A DNA stretch of 64,000 nucleotides. It comes from Octopus vulgaris (lineage: Eukaryota). Positions within the stretch are counted from its first letter, which is position 1. Each line of letters starts with the position of its first letter. The DNA lies in contig OX597814.1 in the NCBI GenBank assembly GCA_951406725.2, positions 103,292,001 through 103,356,000 of the forward strand, read 5' to 3'. A program made the position numbers and the translations under genes. A model generated the notes under the pieces. That model saw only the letters and a list, made by a program, of their open reading frames with translations, searched no databases and was not told the DNA's origin. This document shows positions 24,401-64,000 of this stretch, in pieces.

Positions 24401-26503
24401 ATAAAAACATTAAAGTGAAAAGAATTCACCTTTTTCTTGCGTTTGCCTTAAAATAATAATTAAATGTAAATTCACCATTTTATGAGAAACTAACATTATT
24501 TACATTTGACGGATATTTGTCCTCATCTTGTTTGTTGTTAAGACAATGTTTCAGCTGATATACCCTCCAGCCTTCATGGAAAATATTAACATGATTAATA
24601 ATTAATGTTATAAACTTTAATAAGGGGGTCAATTTCACCCCCTCTCCAATTTTAAACTTTTTCATCTATTTATCCCTATCTGTTTATTTATAAAATATAT
24701 TTGCCAACTGAATGTGGCGGTCCTATAGAGGATGGTGTTACTGTTGTTTTTAGCCCCAGGAAGACATTCATATCTATCTCTTTATACACATATCTATATG
24801 CTTATTGAATTTAAAATTTTGAAAACATGGTTTCTTGCATATTCAAAAAACAGGAGAAACACAGGAAAAAAGATTTCGAAAACAGTTAAAAATTTTTAAT
24901 TGGGAGGCGGGGGTTAAAAAATTTTGTTTTTGCATATTCGTAATCTCCGACATCTAAAACGTAGGAATCCGAAATAATTTTTTCAAGACAAAAAAAAAAA
25001 ATAGAAAAAAAAAAAGCATTTTTTCAGAAAAGGTGCGATTCTGCAGTAGCCCCTGGAGATCATGCTTCACCAGTTGAACCCATATCAGTTAATGACTAAT
25101 ATTTCAATTATATTATTTCCTCAAGAGAGACAACTCCAAATATGTTTCAATAGTATAACCTCAACAGTGACAGTATTTGCGTAACTAGTGATGACAAATC
25201 TCTAAGATGCATCAAAATATACATAGGATGGCATGAAAAAAAAAAAAAAAAAAACAATAGTATTTACTTTTCTAATACTTAAAAAAAAAGACCATACACA
25301 AGTATTTACTATTTACCTGTTGAGTGTTTCCTGAGCCACATCAGCGATGTCTGTACACCCAAACTGTACACAAAGTTCTCGAATGGAGGATTTTTGTTGT
25401 TCTCCCAACAAACTTTCAACAGCTTTGAAAGAATTTAAATATGCCTTTTTATTCAAGCCTGACAGTTTTATGGCCATCGACTGGATTAAAAAAGAGAAAA
25501 AAAAATTTTCTGTCGTATAAATTACACACACAATTTTAAAACTAAAAGAGTTGTTCAACCCTGAGTCCCAACTTTACACATTTAATTAAGTCAACATATC
25601 AGGACTTCGAGGATAATAAAGATTAAATAGTCAAAACTATTGTAAAGGTTGCAAGACACAACGAAAATTTTAAGAAAATAAAAAAATAAAATAGTGGAAA
25701 TTTTACCGGTGAGTGTGTTAGATTATAAGGCACAAAAAGAAAATGACTCTCCCCAGACACAACAAAGATTAAATGCAAATAATTTTCTGGGGCAGAGAGA
25801 GTAGAAGGAATGTAACACATTCTTAGAACATCACAGAGTTCGCTTATAATGGGAGTGATGCACGGGAGGATTGAAAAAGAGGGGGAGGGCGAATAAACTG
25901 ATCCAACACCATGGCGAAGAAGCAAGTAATTACACCAATGTAAAATATTCTCAACAAAGGACGGGGCTGATATTTATCAGCTCAAGGACCCTCGAGTTGG
26001 TGGTGCTTATGGCATTATTTGATCTTAAAATCTCTGATTATAGATTATTTTTCCAACTCCTAGAATAGATGGACGTCTGTATCCATTTGTGTTGTATGTC
26101 GCCAACAAAATATATGATTTACAAAAATGAAGAAAAATATAGAAGAGATGAATATCATTTCGATTAACCTACCTTGTCCGATTCTTTAAGATGACATCCA
26201 AGTTTGTTGGCTGCCAGATCCAAAGCTATGACACATTTACAAGACTGGCTTAATCGAAGAGCTGACAAAGAAATTACATTTGGACCGCTTTCCATCTTGC
26301 GACAGATTTCATTGGCATATCTGGAATAAGATTTATCGTTTTCTTACATTCAAATATATTAATACATTTACGTTAGAAGCTAAATAAGAAATAAATGAAT
26401 ATATTTTAACGTCAACAATTTCGATATATATATATAAAAGATATATTTACTTGAGGACTGAAACACTTGTTAATCCGAGTTTTGTTCCCAAGACTTGAAG
26501 CAT
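15813..26503 (-). CDS. ORC6: Origin recognition complex subunit 6, complete (about 250-253 aa)
   Basis: Exons 26503-26451, 26320-26173, 25480-25317, 23710-23621, 20980-20868, 18715-18647, 18081-17977 (or read-through to stop at 17957) and a putative last exon 15823-15813; phases consistent. Motifs IALDLAA, IKLSGLNKKAY, IRELCVQFGC, DVDFRSTLF, KIDRLKL...VKKTVFLRL and the hallmark NYEEWKRKILE. Confidence 0.93.
15925..16555 (+). mobile_element. CR1-group LINE 3' fragment with (TTAAC)n tail, in the putative last ORC6 intron
   Basis: ORF 15964-16470 LYVTLVRSILEY...LERVQKLAT...LSYEERLKTL...SLEKRRRRGDLI...FSVRVADPWNKLP is a typical CR1 ORF2 C-terminus. Confidence 0.85.
17957..18081 (-). CDS. ORC6: ORC6 exon 7 (internal donor at 17977 or read-through stop at 17957-17959)
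   Basis: Encodes NYEEWKRKILETATKAE. Confidence 0.9.
18647..18715 (-). CDS. ORC6: ORC6 exon 6
   Basis: ttcag|GT...G|gtaaaa; 69 nt, phase 1/1, EEKVVVRKKHRNFIEEIDAKSR. Confidence 0.8.
20868..20980 (-). CDS. ORC6: ORC6 exon 5
   Basis: KYKYKIDRLKLRETCSVKKTVFLRLVEQLTKYAEDIK. Confidence 0.9.
21391..23190 (-). mobile_element. Young 5'-truncated CR1-group LINE (RT domain nearly intact) in ORC6 intron 4
   Basis: ORFs 22089-23216 and 21446-22159 joined by a frameshift: NYRPVSLTS, QFGF, YLDFAKAFNSVPH, SGVPQGSVLGPLLF, YADD, LESVQRRTTK, TRGH; (ATT)n tail at 21391-21420. Confidence 0.93.
23621..23710 (-). CDS. ORC6: ORC6 exon 4
   Basis: YQSEMVKNGCADVDFRSTLFLAAAVEATC; GT-AG flanks. Confidence 0.9.
24284..24952. 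mobile_element. Non-autonomous DNA element with ~45-bp imperfect inverted repeats
   Basis: TGTTGGAGATTAAGAATATGCAAAAA... mirrored by ...TTTTTGCATATTCGTAATCTCCGACA; family not identified. Confidence 0.55.
25317..25480 (-). CDS. ORC6: ORC6 exon 3
   Basis: SMAIKLSGLNKKAYLNSFKAVESLLG...IRELCVQFGC. Confidence 0.93.
25628..25766. mobile_element. Penelope-like terminal repeat fragment
   Basis: Same sequence family as 52700-52998 and 56023-56218; the Penelope assignment is inferred. Confidence 0.5.
26173..26320 (-). CDS. ORC6: ORC6 exon 2
   Basis: YANEICRKME...CVIALDLAANKLGC...DK|gtaggt. Confidence 0.9.
26451..26503 (-). CDS. ORC6: ORC6 exon 1
   Basis: ATG at 26503 with an in-frame upstream TAG; MLQVLGTKLGLTSVSVL; donor AA|gtaaat. 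Confidence 0.85.
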
Positions 26504-26780
26504 TTTGTCAGAGATTTGAACAAAAATGTTTCCCCGCTACAACACAGCTGTTCACCGCTAACACATTAGATTTCCCGCGAAATATTGAATGATGGGAAAA
26601 AAATTAATATATTTTTATTATTTAATAAATATCTGTTGGATGATAATTTTTTTTAGATAAATATAGCTATCTTATGAAAATCACCCAATCCAAATGTTTT
26701 ACTTTATTTTCGATTCTATTCGAAACCCGACTGGTGATATAATCTCGTCCTGTCGAGTGTACTAATCACATGATTTCATC
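26504..26780. promoter_or_regulatory. Bidirectional ORC6/VPS35 promoter and 5' UTRs
   Basis: 277 bp between divergent ATGs; overlapping E2F-like site TTTCCCGCGAAA (26571-26582), CHR-like TTTGAA (26515-26520), CCAAT (26685-26689); CpGs retained. Confidence 0.75.
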
Positions 26781-60674
<33,894 letters not shown>

Positions 60675-60989
60675 GTAAGTGACACCTGCAACTATTCAGT
60701 TTTTTTTTTTAAATTTCTGGTGGTGGAATCTACAAATATCTCCATCATCATGTATTTATCTTTTCAGCTGGTATGTGTTGGACAAGTCCTTATGGTTTGA
60801 TTCCTTATTCAGAGTTGCTGCTCTCCTAGACAAATCTCTCTTGCATGTTCCAATAATTATTCTTTAAGAGGGTCAGTATAATACAACCCTTGTTTAGCAT
60901 ACGATACATACATACAAGAACAGCTTGACGTGTTGGTGAACAGTCAATGGTGTTGGAGAGCTTAAAGTTTAAAGATTATTGTGGTTGAG

Positions 60990-61760
60990 AGAAAGTTAGC
61001 TAACGTGGAGGACTGGAAACCATCTGAATATTGGAGGAGAATTACCCATATCATGATGATTTGCACCAAGTATCAAAATGCCAACACCATGACTGCTGCT
61101 CAATGGTCTGTGAATACTGTAAAGGTTGTAATATGTGACATGGACAGCTCCAATGGTGACTATGAAGCCCTAGCCAATAGGAAGGGACATAAAAAAAGCA
61201 TTCTGACTGCATCCACACACCAGGATTCATCCAGCAACTTCAGAACAAGGTGATGGAAGAGCTGAGCAAGGGAATCTGCACTTTGGCAAGAGTGACGGAT
61301 ATTGGAGTTGTCGCCATGAAGTTGGCCCTTCACTACCACTTGTACAAGGGGTGCAATGGACAAATTCTAACAACCAAAGCCAAGGAGAACTGCTTGACAA
61401 AGACAAAGAAACTCCTGAACAAGCTGAGGCATTCTGTTGAGTCGGAGATGATCTGGTTTTTCTCAGATGTATCATGAAAGCCAAGTTCCCCTAAACTGGT
61501 TTTCAGATGTGTCTCCAGTGAAGTGATGTGATGCCTCCCCACATCTCTGAGCAGGACCTTAAGCTCAATTTAGACGGCTATGTGAAGCTGTTGGAGTCTG
61601 TGGTTAATATTACTGTTGGAAGGTCATGTGTTTGTGGAAGCAATATCTGACCCCTTGCCATGCCCCTGGAAAGAGTTAGTAGTTGCTGGAGAATTTCTGC
61701 AATGTTACCAACTCCAGTTTCTGGCCTCCTGATTCCCTCCATTATAATTGCAAGTATAAT
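60990..61760 (+). mobile_element. Degenerate maT/Tc1-like transposase fragment
   Basis: GQILTTKAKENCLTKTKKLLNKLRH...IWFFSD...CVSSE.DVMPPH...FWPPDS. Confidence 0.7.
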
Positions 61761-63104
61761 AAGCACTTAAAAATACACACAGAGTAGGCTCCTTTGAATG
61801 TAAATGATTTAAGAGGAAAATTGGGTACAAGAGGCATCAGATGCTGTGGGCAAGAGAGAAGACTGTGCTGGTTTGGTCATGTGTTGCATGTGGATGAGGA
61901 CAGCTGCATAAAGAAGTGCCGAGCTCTAATTGATGAGGATACCTGTGGAGGAGGTAGACCCAGGAAGATGTAGGACAAAGTGGTGAGAAAGGATCTTTGG
62001 GTGCTGGGCCTCACTGAAGAAAGGACGAGGGACTGGGAGATGTGGTGATTTGCTGTACTTGAGAAGACATGTCAAGCTAAGTAGAATCCCTGTCTTCCAC
62101 ATATACAGGCTGGTCCTTTCAGGTGCCGGCGCTACTTGAAAAGCACCCATGCCTGTGCCAATGCTATGTAACTGCACCCGTGCTGATGTTGTGTAAACAC
62201 ACCCGTGCCAGTGAGACATAAAATGTACCCAACACACTGTTAAGTGGTTGGCATTAAGAAGGACGTCCAGCTATAAGAACCATGCCACAACAGACAGCTC
62301 ATCCCTGCTAGCCAGCATGGAGACTGAATATTAAACAATGATGATGAAGATGTAATTCCATGGATTACTATGCGTGGAGCATGATTGAGAAAGACATCAG
62401 CCACTCTGGCTGCTGCACATACGGACATGCATGTGTGACTGCATCTAGAGAGAGAAAAAGCTTTTGACTAACTGACATAGTCACTCAGACATATTATAAC
62501 CACCATCCTCCTCCTCTTATTTTTTCTTCTACTACTACTACTATGGCCACTGCTCTTCACAACTAATTGGTCTGGTGCCACTTCCTCTGATTCCTTTTCT
62601 TTTCATGTTATTTCCACTCCCACTCTACCCCCTGTCCCCTACCCTTTTCACAAACCATTATCTCTTGTTCTACCCCAGAATGTTGTTCCTATTACAAATT
62701 GTTTTTTGCAGTTATCACCTAGCAACAACAGTTTCCATAGAGACACTCACAGTATCAATCTCACCATTTTTAGGCCAACAGCTCTGTCCTTTCTCTCAGA
62801 TTAATTTTGTGATGAATCTGTGTTGCTTGAGGAATGATGGCCTTGGGGGTGATGTACAATAAATGCTGAAACAATTTAGATATTTCACCTTTATGGGGCT
62901 GATAAAGTACCAGTCACGTACTGGGATTGGTGAAATCAACTAAGCCCTTCTTGAAATTGCTAGCCACATGCCAAAATTTGAACCCATCATTATTATATTT
63001 CAATGTTAAATATATATTATCAAATTTGTTTGTATTCATGTTTTGTCTGATTCTGTAGATATTCAGCTTTCAAAATATTTTGTTTTTACTTGTGACTTTT
63101 GAAA

Positions 63105-64000
63105 ATGGACAAAATTTAGCATTGTGGTATAATCAAGTACCTGCAAAAAAGGTGTTAGTCCCCAAAGACACTCATACTGACATGGTTGCTGTATTGGGGG
63201 ATGATGTTCCAGCTTTATAAACAGTGCAAAATTGGGCAGTTGAATTTAGGAGGGGAAGAGAATCTGGTCGATGACCCAAGGTCTGGACGTCCTGCAACTG
63301 CTACCACTGAAGAAAACATTGATCATGTTCCCCACATGGTGATGAATGACAGATGATTGACTGTAAGTCAAATAGCCAATGTTATTAGCTTATCCTGTAA
63401 GAGAGTTGAGAATATTCTGCAAAATAAACTTGGCATGATGAGGATTTCTGCTCAGTGGGTGCCACGTTTTCTGACCCCTGATCAAAAGTGCACCAGGCTG
63501 ATCACATCACTGGAAAATCTGTTTCCTTGAATGTTTGCTAACCTAGAAGAAGTGCTGGGTTCATCACTTTGAGCTAGAAACAAAGAGACAATCCATGCAG
63601 TGGAAACACCGCCTCCTCATCTGCTCTAAAGAAAGCCACGGTCATTTCAAATGCTGGGAATGTAATGGCCTTAGTTTTTTGGGATGCAAATGGTATTGTG
63701 TTTATTGATTATCTTCAAAAGAGCCAGACCATCATTGGAGAGTAGTATGCCAAATTGCTGAGATTGTTATTATGAAAGGCTGTGAAGACCAAATGCTCAG
63801 GAAACCTGACGAAAGGGCTTTTGTTCCATCAGCACAAAATGGTCCAGCATTGTCTATGGTTTCAATGGCTGTCCCTATTCTCCTGATTTGGCCCCCATCT
63901 GACTATCATCTGTTCCCCCAACATGAAAAAGAAAAAAACACTCTTGGCTGGGAACCAGTATCACAGTGATGATGTCATGTCCACTGTTGATGACTTTTTT
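63105..64000 (+). mobile_element. Degenerate mariner (DD34D) transposase
   Basis: DDPRSGRPATA, WVPRFLT, ETKRQSMQWKH, VFWDANGIVFIDYL and PYSPDLAPSDYHLFP motifs with stops and frameshifts; runs off the window. Confidence 0.9.

Overview
AT-rich, intron-rich animal genomic DNA. The repeat families suggest an octopus or other coleoid cephalopod, but that is inference only. Three spliced genes were reconstructed by hand, with consistent splice phases. BLOC1S4/cappuccino (- strand, 5 coding exons, 181 aa) and ORC6 (- strand, 7-8 coding exons, about 250 aa) are complete. VPS35 (+ strand) has 16 exons in the window and its last exon lies beyond it. ORC6 and VPS35 are head-to-head, with start codons 277 bp apart around an E2F/CHR/CCAAT promoter, the same pairing known from human. 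VPS35 intron 3 is a U12-type (minor spliceosome) intron that appears to end in a non-canonical TG. The rest is transposon-derived: RTE and CR1 LINE fragments, about 30 copies of an RTE 3' tail, two tRNA-derived SINE families, a solo LTR, mariner/maT remnants, piggyBac and hAT MITEs and Penelope-like repeats. The best novel candidates are RNA-structural: a variable-copy ~66-nt hairpin+pseudoknot array in the RTE 3' UTR, an atypical hammerhead-like motif in a Penelope-like foldback, and a G-U-biased hairpin. None has been computationally or experimentally verified.
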